A stretch of DNA of 64,000 nt from Eledone cirrhosa (GCA_964016885.1 OZ024758.1:23994001-24058000); one strand, 5' to 3'. Positions 1 through 12,807 are shown, counted from the stretch's first letter. Made by a program: numbers and translations. The notes: generated from the sequence alone by a model not told the origin.

Positions 1-443
1 GCCTATATCACCTCTCTGCACGACTGTCTGTCTGCACGCCTGAAATATTTGCTTGTTTTACGTAGTCTTTAAATAGACTTGTTTTCAAGTAAAAATATTG
101 TTTTAAAATGCTTTTAAATGGAAATGAAGCAAAACGGAAGCTTAGTGTTCGAACTGATGAATTTTGCAGGTCAATATTTTGCCAGCGTAATTTTTTACGT
201 AAGACGCTCAATGTAAACAGAACAAAGGGAAATAACTGATAACTTACGCTCAAAAATCGATACATTATATTCGATTTCGTCACATAGGGTGGGTCAATTT
301 GAAATATTTTTTTTCCGATGTCTTCGCTAGGGCTCAATGTACAAGTCTAGCAATTTCGGTGCAATTCCGTCAGAGATTCTAAGAGGAGATGTGTGCCAAA
401 AATCGATAGACAGACAGACAACCACAGCTTTATATATATAGAT
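1..443 (-). mobile_element. Probable 5' end of a non-autonomous Helitron-like element (runs off the window)
   Basis: Minus strand begins A|TCTATATATATAAAGCTGTGGTTGTCTGTCTGTC, i.e. TC start, TATATATAAAG and (GTCT)n, typical of invertebrate Helitron 5' termini. The 3' end is not in the window. Confidence 0.5.
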
Positions 444-486
444 TGTAATCAAGGAATTATTAAATTAAATAGGCTTTTTTTTTTAT

Positions 487-642
487 TATCGGTAGAAAGT
501 CGGACGTCATGCTTTGCAGCATAGAGTTACGCCTATTTACGGTCTGAGTTCAAATCCCGCCGAGGTTAACTTTGCCTGTCCTCCTTACGGGGTCGATAAA
601 ATAAAGTACCAGTAATGCACCAGGATAATTGCTGGCCTTGTT
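487..642 (+). mobile_element. tRNA-derived Nin-domain SINE (octopus OK-like), partial
   Basis: B-box GAGTTCAAATCC followed by CGCCGAGGTTAACTTTGCCT...GGGGTCGATAAAATAAAGTACCAG. About 40 full or partial copies occur in the window. Confidence 0.8.
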
Positions 643-717
643 AAACTTTCCAGGGATAACTTGAACCATTAAGGTATATTATCCTTGGTCATGTCAAATA
701 TTTTATAAAACTTTTTG

Positions 718-778
718 TATTTTATCTGATGATAGCGTACCAAAATTTTGGTACCCTTGAAATATATATAATTGAATA
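718..778 (+). ncRNA. Type I hammerhead ribozyme motif (stem I partly eroded)
   Basis: TATTTTAT-CTGATGA-tagc GTACCAAAATTTTGGTAC cctt-GAAA-TATATA-TA-ATTGAATA. Flanks are homologous to the copy at 48573-48638. Confidence 0.65.
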
Positions 779-893
779 AATATGGTTTTATAAATATAGT
801 TTCCATTTAATATCATTGAATATTAACTCCAAAAACTGTCGAGTGCTCTGAACTGAATCAGTTGTATTTCCAACAAATTAAAAATCCCTTCTA

Positions 894-952
<59 letters not shown>

Positions 953-1285
953 GACGTGAATCTGCAAATAGATAGTGTCTTATTGGAAATATAGCGCAAA
1001 ATGTTTCTGAACTAAGATGGCTTCCTATAATTGATTTTAGATAAGTCAGAGTGAACAACGACCGATATTCCCTCCACCGTTACAGAAGATTAAAAATTTG
1101 ATGTGTCATGTATACATCACCAGTTTATCAGACTTTAAGAATACATTTGCTGGCTATTGATTTTCCTACAACTATTGAAATCGAACTGAATTGAGTCGTC
1201 TCTTAATACCATGTCACAGATCATACTGTACTCTGTATATGACTAACAAGAAGAATCTTTGGAGCGTTTTACAAATCTTAACTGC

Positions 1286-1318
<33 letters not shown>

Positions 1319-1368
1319 TGTATGTATGTATGTATGTATGTATGTAGGTATGTATGTATGTATGTATG

Positions 1369-3188
1369 TTCTTCTGGTTTTATAATTTCACTAAGTTTTA
1401 CCAATAGAGAGAGAGTCGGTTTCTAACATAAACACAAGACTCTCTCATTGGAATTTAGATAACATCAACTAGGTAGATTATGTATGCATGCGTGTGTAGA
1501 TATGGATGTTATTGTATGTGTGGATGTGTATGTTTTGAGTTGTACGTGTGCATGTGTATATGCTTTGTATCTGTACATGTGTATATGCAGTTATTAGATG
1601 CAAAATTTTTGGAATGTTTTACATATTTTTACTGTTCCATTAATGGGTTGTACTTGTAATTTCCTAACTAGTTGTGTTCTTTCTGTTCCTGTGAAGCCTA
1701 GCTTCTCAAGATTTGTATTGAGGCAGTTACTAACATATCCCAGTGCCCCAATAATCACAGGCATAAATCTGAAGGTGTAATCAGGGTGGAGTATCTGCAG
1801 ATTTCTCATCAGTTCTGCATACATATTGTGCTTTTCACTAATCTTTGATATTATATTGGCATCTGCTGGGCAGCTAATTTCCACTACTGTGCATGTTTTC
1901 TTCTCCCTGTCCCATATAATATCTGGTCTGTTATGCCAGCATTTTATTGGGGTTTTTACTGGAACATTCCACCAGTACTCTTTCATATTATGTACATGGA
2001 TGTCTTCCACATTGTTGTAGCTTTAAATGTGTTTATTATCGGGGCTATCTTTTTTACGAACTGCATTGTACAGTGTTTTGGCCACTACATCATGCCTCAT
2101 AGGTAGATAGTACCGCGATGACATCTTTGGACAGCTGCTGATGACATGGGTGATATCCTCGATGTTAGTTCTGCAGAGTCTGCACTTGTTACCACATCTA
2201 GGTGTTTTGCCTGCATCCCTATCTCTTTTGTGAATCAGATATTTCGTGCTAATCTCCTGTTCCTGGATTGCAAAAGCGTATCTTTCAAAGTGGGAGCCAA
2301 TATAGCGGTTGTTGGTCCAAGATAGACTACTTTCCTTATCTATATTACTCTCACTCTGGAGCTTCCTGCAACATATCCATGCATGATTTTTGCTGATAGG
2401 CATGCCGTTTTTCATCCATGGATTCACTGCGATACTGCTGAGCGACATCCCTGGGTGTGGGTTTTTGATTATCACACAGGGAATATCTCTCAAGGAGTTC
2501 CTTCCCAACTCTCATGATCTTATCTGTTTCATGCAGATAGACTTGCTCGAGAAACGGGCTCCTACGATTCGAGGTTCGTAGATGTCGGAGAGATATGATG
2601 CGACATTCAAATGTTGTCTGGACTGATGTTAGGCCTCTGCCTCCCTGCTTACGTTTCAAGTAAAGGCGGTGTATGTCACTGTTGATGTGGAAGTTTCCGG
2701 TGTTGTTCAGTATTTTTCGAGTTCCAACATCAACTGCTCGGATTTCGTCTATCGTCTAATTGAGTATTCCAAACGTTGGTGTTAGGACAGGCACAGCAAA
2801 CCCATTGTGAGCCACTGTTTTGTTTTGCGCAGAGAGTTCCCATGACCAGATCTTTCTTAATCGGGTGTAGTATTCCCTGGTTACGTGTTCTTTATCACAG
2901 ATACCATTATAGGATATGTTCTCATCTATCCCCAGGTATCTGTAGCAGTCCTCATCAGATATCGGTGAAATAGTTAGACCATTGATGACAATGTTGCTAG
3001 ATTGGGTTGTTGTTTTTCCCCGCTTTACAGTCATGTATGAGCATTTATCTTGGCCAAACTCCATTCCTATATCCTTTGAGAACGTTGTAACCAGGTCAAA
3101 ATTTTTCTTCATCCCATCCATGTTCTTGGCATAGAGTTTCAGATCGTCCACAAAGAAATTATGGGTTAGGTTCGTATTTCTGTCTTCT
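1369..3188 (-). pseudogene. 5'-truncated, decayed non-LTR retrotransposon with RT and restriction-like endonuclease (R4/Dong-like clade)
   Basis: Broken frames give FVDDLKLYAKN (RT catalytic), YRYLGIDE, GGRGL, a CCHC knuckle CRLC...HVISSC, RHDVVAK, RPDII...VEISCP and PVIIGALG. The element has stops and frameshifts and is flanked on both sides by (TATG)n. Confidence 0.88.
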
Positions 3189-3272
3189 ATGTATGTATGT
3201 ATGTATGTATGTATGTATGTATGTATGTATGTATGTATGTATGTATGTATGTATGTATGTATGTATGTATGT

Positions 3273-3770
3273 GACTTTGGACATCCTGCAGGACTAAAAA
3301 CAAAACCTGTCAAAGGGCAAAGGAGCTCTTAAGAGTCAATGGCCATCCAAAATCACCGGGAGAGATGACCCCTTAGCCTTTGTCAAGGCAGAATTCTAGG
3401 AGAAGGAAAACTCTGATATAACACCTGCAACCCTGATGGTATCCAATGATGTTGACTTGTTCTTCTTTTTGGTAAATATCATCTTGGTTAAGAGAGTGGG
3501 ACTGGCTTTGTGCAGTGCCTTTGCTCACTATAAAAGCTTCACGGCACAGGCATTGCTTTATATCTGGAGATCTCTCTGCACTTGTCCTCACATGGTACCA
3601 TGGGCCCAGCACTATGTGTCAATAATTGTCACAAGTGTAGTGTTTGTACCAGAGTTTTCAAGTCGCTGCCTGGACTAAAAAGTCACACTCGTTCAGCGCA
3701 TCGGCAGGGGTTCTCCTACATGGATATAAAGTAGTGGCCGTACTCGAAAACGAGTTGGCAGCCACCATGT
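3273..3770 (+). mobile_element. Non-autonomous retroelement, probably RTE-derived (about 590-bp family ending in (TATG)n)
   Basis: Near-identical to 57125-57620. Contains TCTAGGAGAAGGAAAACTCTGA, which resembles RTE 5'UTR sequence. A 5' piece of the family lies at 4092-4208. Confidence 0.5.
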
Positions 3771-4974
3771 ATGTACGTATGTATGCACGTATGTATGTGG
3801 TGTGTGTGTGTGTGTGTATGTATGTATGTCACTGTATGTGGTCGGGTATGTACTTATGTATGTATATATGTATGTGTGTGTATAGATGTATGTGTGTGTG
3901 TGTATGTATATATGTATGTATATATGCATGTGTGTGTATATATGTTTGTGTGTGTGTGTGCGTGTATGTGTGTGTGTATGTATGTATGTATGTATGTCAA
4001 TGTGCAAGGTCGGGTATGTATATATTTCATAAAATAGTCATTCGTATTTTTTTGTGATAATTTGTTTCTCCTTTTGTCAGGTCGCTCTCGCATGCTACTG
4101 GTGACATGTAACCCAGTATAACCTGTCTCATGGTCGGGTCGTTGGTGACTAAACCGGCAATCCCACCAAGCTTTCTTGATGAGGAGGGTTATTTTCGACA
4201 CCCTGCAGTATGAAAAAACAAAATCCGTCAAAGAGCAGAGGAACTCAAGAGAGTGAAATCCCATCTAATAAAGTAGAGCTGGTAAGAAAGAAACCGGATT
4301 TTGTGAGTGCCACAGTAGGTCTGTTGCTGTAGTCTTACAGATATATGATCTTGCACATCCTTTATTCTGGAATAGTGTTTCTAAGAGTATAATGTCTAAT
4401 GTGCTCTTCATATTTAAAACAATTGGGTGTGAATTTAGGATATAGGAGTTTAGGTTGCTATTTCTTGCAAAGTGAACATCCATGTAAGTCTCCCTCAGAT
4501 ATGGTAATGATTGATGAAATACATGAGTTGTAGTTGATAAAAATGTGATCTTGTCTTAGAAATACATAGTTAATGGTTGCTATACCATAGTAAGTGGTTT
4601 GCATAGAGTTAAACAAGTAAGAGTTAAGTTTCCATTTGGAACGAACGCTAATCTATCGCACGTATCATTCTCTAATTATCTGCTGCTTATTTCAGACAGA
4701 TAGGGGAATTGTGGCGATGTAGCATAAAGTGTTTTGTCGATAAAAATAACAAAACGACTGAAGCGTGTTTCAACATCTTGCCTAAAAGCAGATAAATACT
4801 TTGTCTAGTCAACGATCTCATCTCACTTCTCGTTTGTGTTGTTTACACAAGCTTACCAGCTACGGGTAGGTTCAATAGGGTAGATAATATTAATGTTGTT
4901 TATGTTAATTTAGGGCAGTGAATGTTTCTGAGAAAGTAGATTAGTAAACCAGTATTAAGTTTCATCGATATTGG

Positions 4975-5855
4975 TTTCGCTAATAGCTATTGGTCTCTCC
5001 AAATAGCTATTGGTCTCCTCAAAAGCCATTTATCTCCCCAATAGCTATTGGTCTCTCCTCAATAGCCATTAGTCCCCCAATAGCTATTGGTCTCTCCACA
5101 ATAGCCATTAGTCCCCCAATAGCTATTGGTCTCTCCCCAATAGCTATTGGTCTCTCCCCAATAGCTATTGGTCTCTCCCCAATAGCTATTGGTCTCTCCC
5201 CAATAGCCATTAGTCACCCAATAGCTATTGGTCTCTCCCCAATAGCCATTAGTCCCCCAATAGCTATTGGTCTCTCCCAAATAGCCATTAGTCCCCCAAT
5301 AGCTATTGGTCTCTCCCCAATAGCCATTAGTCCCCCAATAGCTATTGGTCTCTCCCCAATAGCCATTAGTCCCCCAATAGCTATTGGTCTCTCCCAAATA
5401 GTCGTTAGTTCCCCAATAGCTATTGGTCTCTCCCAAATAGTCGTTAGTTCCCCAATAGCTATTGGTCTCTCCCCAATAGCCATTAGTCCCCCAATAGCTA
5501 TTGGTCTCTCCACAATAGCCATTAGTCCCCCAATAGCTATTGGTCTCTCCACAATAGCCATTAGTCCCCCAATAGCTATTGGTCTCTCCCCAATAGCCAT
5601 TAGTCCCCCAATAGCTATTGGTCTCTCCACAATAGCCATTAGTCCCCCAATAGCTATTGGTCTCTCCACAATAGCCATTAGTCCCCCAATAGCTATTGGT
5701 CTCTCCACAATAGCCATTAGTCCCCCAATAGCTATTGGTCTCTCCACAATAGCCATTAGTCCCCCAATAGCTATTGGTCTCTCCCCAATAGCCATTAGTC
5801 CCCCAATAGCTATTGGTCTCTCCCCAGCCATTAGTCACCCAATAGCTATTGGTCT
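4975..5855. repeat. 39-bp minisatellite (about 22 units) built on the palindrome CCAATAGCTATTGG
   Basis: Unit AATAGCTATTGGTCTCTCCCCAATAGCCATTAGTCCCCC is made of 21+18 bp subunits. Confidence 0.95.
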
Positions 5856-5909
5856 ACTCAAATCCTGTGTGAGCTGATCTTTCATTTCTTCTAAGAGTCG
5901 ACCAAATAA

Positions 5910-6368
5910 GTACAGTAACACTCAATACAGTAACACTCTCTACAGTAACACTCTACAGTAGCACTCAATACAGTAGCACTCTCTACAGTAACACTCTCTA
6001 CAGTAACACTCAATACAGTAACACTCTCTACAGTAACACTCAATACAGTAACACTCAATACAGTAGCACTCTACAGTAACACTCAATACAGTAGCACTCT
6101 ACAGTAACACTCTCTACAGTAACCCTCAATACAGTAACGCTCTCTACAGTAGCACTCTCTACAGTAACACTCTCTACAGTAACACTCAATACAGTAACAC
6201 TCAATACAGTGACACTCAATACAGTAACACTCAATACAGTAGCACTCTACAGTAACACTCTCTACAGTAACACTCAATACAGTAACACTCTCTACAGTAA
6301 CACTCTCTACGCAACACTCTCTACAGTGACACTCAATACAGTAGCACTCTCTACAGTGACACTCAATA
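5910..6368. repeat. 15-17-bp minisatellite (TACAGTAACACTCTC / TACAGTAACACTCAA)
   Basis: Direct tandem repeats are visible. Confidence 0.95.
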
Positions 6369-6459
6369 AAGTAAACGATAACTTACTTCGCAAAACTGAC
6401 CTGATGCTTATTTTAAAGGAATATACGTTAGCTTAGATAGAAATCTTATTTCTTAGTAG

Positions 6460-6670
6460 TGGAGACTTCTGGTGTCCTTGGCTCCAGAGCTACCCCCCTA
6501 CTCGCCACCACGGGCGCTGAGCTGGCCAGCCGCAGGTGTGAGCCTCTCGAGTTGGAATGACTCTTTCAGCGCATCTCCCTTACCATCCTCCGGGGAAACG
6601 CATTCACCATCCTGTCCGCCGGGGCTGTGGGGAGACCAGCACGTGTGACCCCATTTGCTCACCATACGGA
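6460..6670 (+). pseudogene. CRE-clade non-LTR retrotransposon 3' fragment (RLE C-terminus)
   Basis: Translates VETSGVLG...ELASRRCEPLELE*LFQRISLTILRGNAFTI, matching the CRE C-terminal motif (W)LFQRxSxxIxRGNA. Confidence 0.7.
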
Positions 6671-6695
6671 TTAATAAGCAAAGTTATAAACTTTT

Positions 6696-7157
6696 GGTGG
6701 ATTGGCAGTATCGGTAGAGGGTCGGACGCTATGCTATGCTTTGCAGCAAAGAGTTACGGCCCATGCCATTCTGAGTTCAAATCCCGCCTAGGTTAACTTT
6801 GCCTTTCATCCTTACGGGGTCGATAAAATAAAGTACCAGTAATGCACTGGGGTAATTGCTGGCCTTGTGCCAAAAGTAGAAACAATTATAAATAAATATC
6901 TAATGACTCCGTCAAAAATCAAAACAAACGCTATTGGCAGTATCGGTAGAGGGTTGGACGCCATGCTTTGATGCATAGAGTTACGGCACTTGCCGTTCTG
7001 AGTTCAAATCCCGCCTAGGTTAACTTTGCCTTTCATCCTTACGGGGTCGATAAAATAAAGTACCAGTAATGCACTGGGTAATTGCTGGCCTTGTGCCAAA
7101 AGTAGAAACAATTATAAATATATATCTAATGACTCCGTCAAAAAACAAAACAAACGT
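6696..7157 (+). mobile_element. Two OK-like SINEs in a tandem duplication including 3' flank
   Basis: The SINE plus TATCTAATGACTCCGTCAAAAA..AAAACAAACG is repeated at about 6696-6930 and 6933-7157. Confidence 0.8.
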
Positions 7158-8596
7158 TATACCTTGTACTAACACAAGGTTTACTGTTGTAGTCGTTGTG
7201 TTGCAGCTGATCTTGTCAAAGGAATTTCTGTCTACCAGTCTACCAATTGGATAATAGAGTAAGTATGTCGATTACCAAGATACTAAACTCTTCAAGGGTT
7301 CAGTAACCTGGTTCTAAATAGACATTTAATTAGGTTTAAATATGGATTTCAAATATTCGTAAGTCCAAGGTGAATTGGCAGTATCGGTAGAGAGTCGGAC
7401 GCCATGCTTTGACGCATAGAATTACTGCCCTTGCCATTCTGAGTTCAAATCCCGCCGAGGTTAACTTTGCCTTTCATCCTTACGGGGTCGATAAAATAAA
7501 GTACCAGTAATGTACTGGATAATTGCTGGCCTTGTGCCAAAAGTAGACACAATTATGTTAACACCATGTTCAGGAACTGATTCCTGTTTCCATGGTGTTA
7601 ACATAATTGTATCTACTTTTGGTACAAGGCCAGCAATTATCCAGAGTACCAGTAATACCCCGGGTAATTGCTGGCCTTGTGACAAAAGTAGAAACAATTA
7701 TGTTAACACCATGGAAACAGGAATCAGTTCCTGAACATCAGACATTCTCCTTAATGCTGAACCGAATACAAAATATGGATATAATAAAAAGCAACAACAA
7801 AGCAAAAGAAATATAAATAATACTTTTACTTTCCCCAAGAAATTAGACATCAATATTCCTCGTTCTTTTTTAATTAACATCCTTATGTAGTCAGGAATCA
7901 GTTCCTGAACATCAGACATTCTCCTTAATGCTGAACCGAATACAAAATATGGATATAATAAAAAGCAACAACAAAGCAAAAGAAATATAAATATTACTTT
8001 TACTTTCCCCAAGAAATTAGACATCAATATTCCTCGTTCTTTTTTAATTAACATCCTTATGTCGTCAGAGGTATCTCAACGATACGATATTGATTTCTTG
8101 AAATCCTGTGGATTCTAGACTTTAAAATGATGGAGGATACGTTGCTAAAAACCAGCACTGTAATTGTTGTTGTTTAGCCCCAGGTTAACCCTGGTCAAAT
8201 AGACTACGATTAAAGGCATTCCAGTCATGATAACACCGTTTTTATATTTTAGTATTATGTACGACTACGTTATTCCTTTTTAAGGTAGGACTGTGAGATT
8301 TGGCCGTCATTTGTAGCAGATCAAGTGACCGAGGAAAGACTTCTTTATCGGCTCAACGAGATACTGGTTAACTACAAACCGAGTCTCCTAGTATCACCCA
8401 CGGTAGTTAATTCCCCTAGTCTGAATGTGTTAACCAACGAAGGCAAAACCGAGAGTCACACACAATCTAAAGGTTTTAACAATTTGACACTACTGTCGGT
8501 ATTGGGTCCCCGACCCTGCTATCAGTAAAGGTTTGTCGCTTTTCACAAGTCAGCAACACCAACAGCAACATGTATACGAACATGTGTATATATACA

Positions 8597-8669
<73 letters not shown>

Positions 8670-9859
8670 GAAGGAGTTGATCCAAAAGAGTGCCGGAAGT
8701 GAGAAGGGGTAGAAGGCATTCCACTTTAAAGCTAAAATAATTGTTTCTACTTTTGGCACAAGGCCAGCAATATACCAGTGTATTACTGGTACTTTATTTC
8801 ATCGACCCCGTAAGGATGAAAGGCAAAGTTAACCTCGGCGGGATTTGAACAGACCATAAAGGGCCGTAACTCTTTGCTGCAAAGCATAGTGTCCGACCCT
8901 CTACCGATACTGCCACTCCACCGCAAGCTAAAATAATTGTTTCTACGTTAGGCACAAGGCCAGCAATTACCCAGTGCATTACTGGTACTTTATTTTATCG
9001 ACCCCGTAAGGATGAAAATAATGTAATACAATATGCATATACATACTGGGATATATTAGCAAAACAAACTAGCATGTACAGATATTGATATTAAAATAAG
9101 CAGGTATTTACATCTGACAAAGTGCTGTGTCTTGATTGTTGACTCAATCTTATCAGGGGATGTTTCATTAATAATTACAAGGTGTTCCGTTAACACGTGT
9201 ATAGGCCTGTATAATATTCACGGTATCTGAATTGCTTCCAATTTGTTTTCCAGCTTAGTAACAACATATAATTGTTTAATCTGGTGTTTTTGATTGGACA
9301 CTTCTAATCCTCTGTTATAATTTGGTATGTGATTACCTGACGATATTTCCCAATAGTCATTAATCCGATATAATTGAAAGACAATATAATCTGTTGTTGG
9401 TAGTATCACACACTAAAAATCAAAGGTTATTGATACTTTGTTGTTACACTATTATCAGGAATCTGATCCTCCATTATAATCACCGGAAGAGTCTTATGGT
9501 GAATCTGTATGAGTTAAGAAAATGGATATTCCCTCTGCTGGAACATCCCTGCACAGCATTGGACTTGGCAGAGTTTAATGAAAAGGGACAGCAATGTATT
9601 CAGCTGTGGCGGAATATATATATATATATATAACGAAGGAAGTGCTATTGCTGTCGAAACGGCTTGAGCTCTGCCGTCGGGGTTCTGACTCTTTTCCTAT
9701 ATATATATATATATATATTCTCATTCATTCTATTTCGGCCACACTCAATGCTGCAATCTACTGTCTGCATTTATTATGCAACAATGCACAATCACCGCAT
9801 GTGGCATCATATCGTGTTTCGCCGAATCAATAACCAAATTTTGGATCTTTCACCTTTAA

Positions 9860-10450
9860 AATAATTGTTTCTACTTTTGGCACAAGGCCAGCAATTATCC
9901 CAGTGCATTACTGGTACTTTATTTTATCGACCCTGTAAGGATGAAAGACAAAGTTAACCTCGGCGGGATTTGAACTCAGATCATAAAGGGCCGTAACGCT
10001 GCTGCAAAGCATGGCGTCTTACCCTCTACCGACACTGCCAATCCACCGCCCTAACATGGCGTCCGACCCTCTACCGATACTGCCAATCCACCGCCCTAAC
10101 ATGGCGTCCGACCCTCTACCGACACTGCCAATCCACCGCCCTAACATGGCGTCTGACCCTCTACCAATACTGCCAATCCACCGCCCTAACATGGCGTCCG
10201 ACCCTCTACCGACACTGCCAATCCACCGCCCTAACATGGCGTCTGACCCTCTACCAATACTGCCAATCCACCGCCCTAACATGGCGTCCGACCCTCTACC
10301 GACACTGCCAATCCACCGCCCTAACATGGCATCTGACCCTCTACCAATACTGCCAATCCACCGCCCTAACATGGCGTCCGACCCTCTACCGACACTACCA
10401 ATCCACCGCCCTAACACGGCGTCTGACGCTCTACCGATACTGCCAATCCA
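9860..10450 (-). mobile_element. OK-like SINE whose 5' head is amplified as a 45-bp tandem array (about 10 units, 10011-10450)
   Basis: SINE body at 9860-10010, then ATGGCGTCCGACCCTCTACCGATACTGCCAATCCACCGCCCTAAC repeats. Confidence 0.9.
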
Positions 10451-10734
10451 GCAATAATGTTTCTTTTGTGGTTTTAAAACTGTGTTCTCGCATTTTTTTA
10501 GCTTGCTGTGTAACTTTAATTTTTTGTGGAGTTGAACATTATGACCCCGTTTTGTGTCTCACATATTCTATCTTCTGTTAGATAGTAACAAAATCTGTAT
10601 TAGCTTTTGCTAGATTACTCCCTCCCCCATTGATACGGCTGAAATTTGAGTAGCTTATTTGGTTTCAGACCGTTGATCGACTTCAGGTATTTCTAACTAT
10701 TTCTAATGTAAAGTTGGATTGTTTGCGTTATATG

Positions 10735-10956
10735 ATGGTTTCTGATTTAGGCACAAGGCCAGCAATTTGAAGGAGAGAGGGAAGTCGATTAAATCGACCT
10801 CAGTGCGTTACTGGCACTTTATTTTATAGACCCCCCCATAAGGATGAAAAGCAAAGCTAGCCTCGGAGGGATTTAAACTCGGAACGTAAAGGGTCATAAC
10901 TCTGTGCTGCAAAGGAAGGTGTCTGACGCTCTACCGATACTGTCAATCCACCGTCC
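10735..10956 (-). mobile_element. OK-like SINE with target-site duplication
   Basis: TGTTTGCGTTATAT is present on both sides (about 10720 and 10958). Confidence 0.85.
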
Positions 10957-12807
10957 TTGTTTGCGTTATATAATTACATCTATCGTAGTTTTCTAAGCCA
11001 CTGCAATAACATTTTTTTTGCAACTAATCTTTCTAAAGATTATGAGAAACTCATTGAAATAAAAGCACACACAAAAATAAATAGTTACAATAGATATAAA
11101 ATGGTTATAGAATTTCAGTATCCTTGATGTGCTAGAAACGAATATAACATTCCAGGCCAGTCGTCGCTATATTTGCTATGAAAAGCCCAGAAGCTCAGAC
11201 AGACAGGATGAGAGTCGTGAACAAATGTGAAATAAACTAACATGAGATAACATTAAAATTAGCAGTATCGGTAGAGAGTCGGACGCCATGCTTTCCAGCA
11301 TAGTTACGTCCCTTTAGGGTCTGAGTTCAAATCTCGCCGAGGTTCACTTTGCCTTTCATCCTTACGGGGTTGATAAAATAAAGTACCAGTAATGTACTGG
11401 GTAATTGCTGGCCAAAAATTGCTGGCCAAAAAAGTAGAAACAATTAAAATTAACACTAAAAACCGAGCATTTCGTTGCTAGGGCAATGCCTTAGATAACC
11501 TAAAACACTTATCAACTATTTGCAAAATACTCACAAATTTTCTTCGGAAGCACGTGGTGCATTTAAAAACAATAAAAATATTGAGGCCACAAGCGTGTTT
11601 TTGAAAGCCAAAATCTCGTGTTGACACCATTCTTCGAGCCTATTTCCGTTTCTATTACAAACATATGTTTCCTCTTCTTCGTAGTTTTTATTCTTTTATT
11701 TCATTTTCTTTATATATTAAATTGTTTTTTGTCTTTTTTGTTTTTGTTTTTGGTATCTTTGCTGTTGAATTTATTCTTGAGATTTGAAAATGGCATCTGT
11801 TCACACAGACCATAATATTGCTGAAAACTATTGTTATTAGGTCGAAAAGCAGCGTCGGACACCATGTTTGATGGTGTAGAGTTGCGACCTGAGTTCAAAT
11901 CCTACCGAGGTTAGCTTTGACTTTCCTCCTTACGGGGGTCGATAAAATAAAGTACCAGTAACGCACTGGGGTCGATTTAATAGACTTTCCCCTTCCTTTC
12001 AAATTGTTGGCCTTGTGCCTAAATAGCGTTGGACAACATGCTTTGCAGCATAGTTTTACGTCCCTTTACGTTTTGAGTAACGCATTAGGCCAATTTAAAC
12101 AACTTCAAATTGTTGGCTTTGTGACTAAATCAGAAACCAAAAGAGTTACGGTCCTTTATGGTCTGAGTTCAAATCCCGCCGAGGTTAACTTTACCTTTCA
12201 TCCTTACGGGGTCGATAAAATAAAGTACCAGTAATACAGTGGGATAATTGCTGGCCTTGTGCCAAAAGTAGAAACAAATATTTATTAATTAAATCATCAA
12301 TTTTAAAGTTTTAAATCAAGAAACGAAATCTATTGTTCTATTAAATGATCAAAACAAAACAAAACAAAACAATAATCTAATTGAGAATATCTGTTCGAGT
12401 CTTAACATGTCAGATATGAGAGAAAGTAGTTTTTAGACATTCTACTTTATCATTGAACCAATAATTGTATTAATATCGTGTTTAAAAACTGTAACAATAA
12501 CAATAACATCATTATTAAGCATCATTCATCTCTTTTAAAGAGAATGTACTATTATTTCCTGTATAATATTGGTTGTTTATCAAATAGAATACAATGTCAT
12601 GTCATTTCTACAGAATTGCGTCTATTGTGACGATTATATCTCTAAACTGACTCCGCCCAAATAAACAAAATAAATAAACAAACAAATAAATAAATATGTA
12701 AATAAATAAGTAAAAAGATATAGTTGAACTCCTCCGCAAGATCAGAACGTCGGCGGTCCGTCTGAGAAGGAGACATGCGTGTGTGTATATATGTATGTAT
12801 ATCTATC

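Noticed and set aside
4990-5877. 295-aa PIAIGLS-repeat ORF
   Set aside because: It coincides exactly with a minisatellite open in several frames and on both strands, with no splice or codon evidence.
10011-10450. CRISPR-like regular repeats (also 60255-60965 and 61896-62470)
   Set aside because: There are no unique spacers, the context is eukaryotic, and two of the arrays are SINE-derived.
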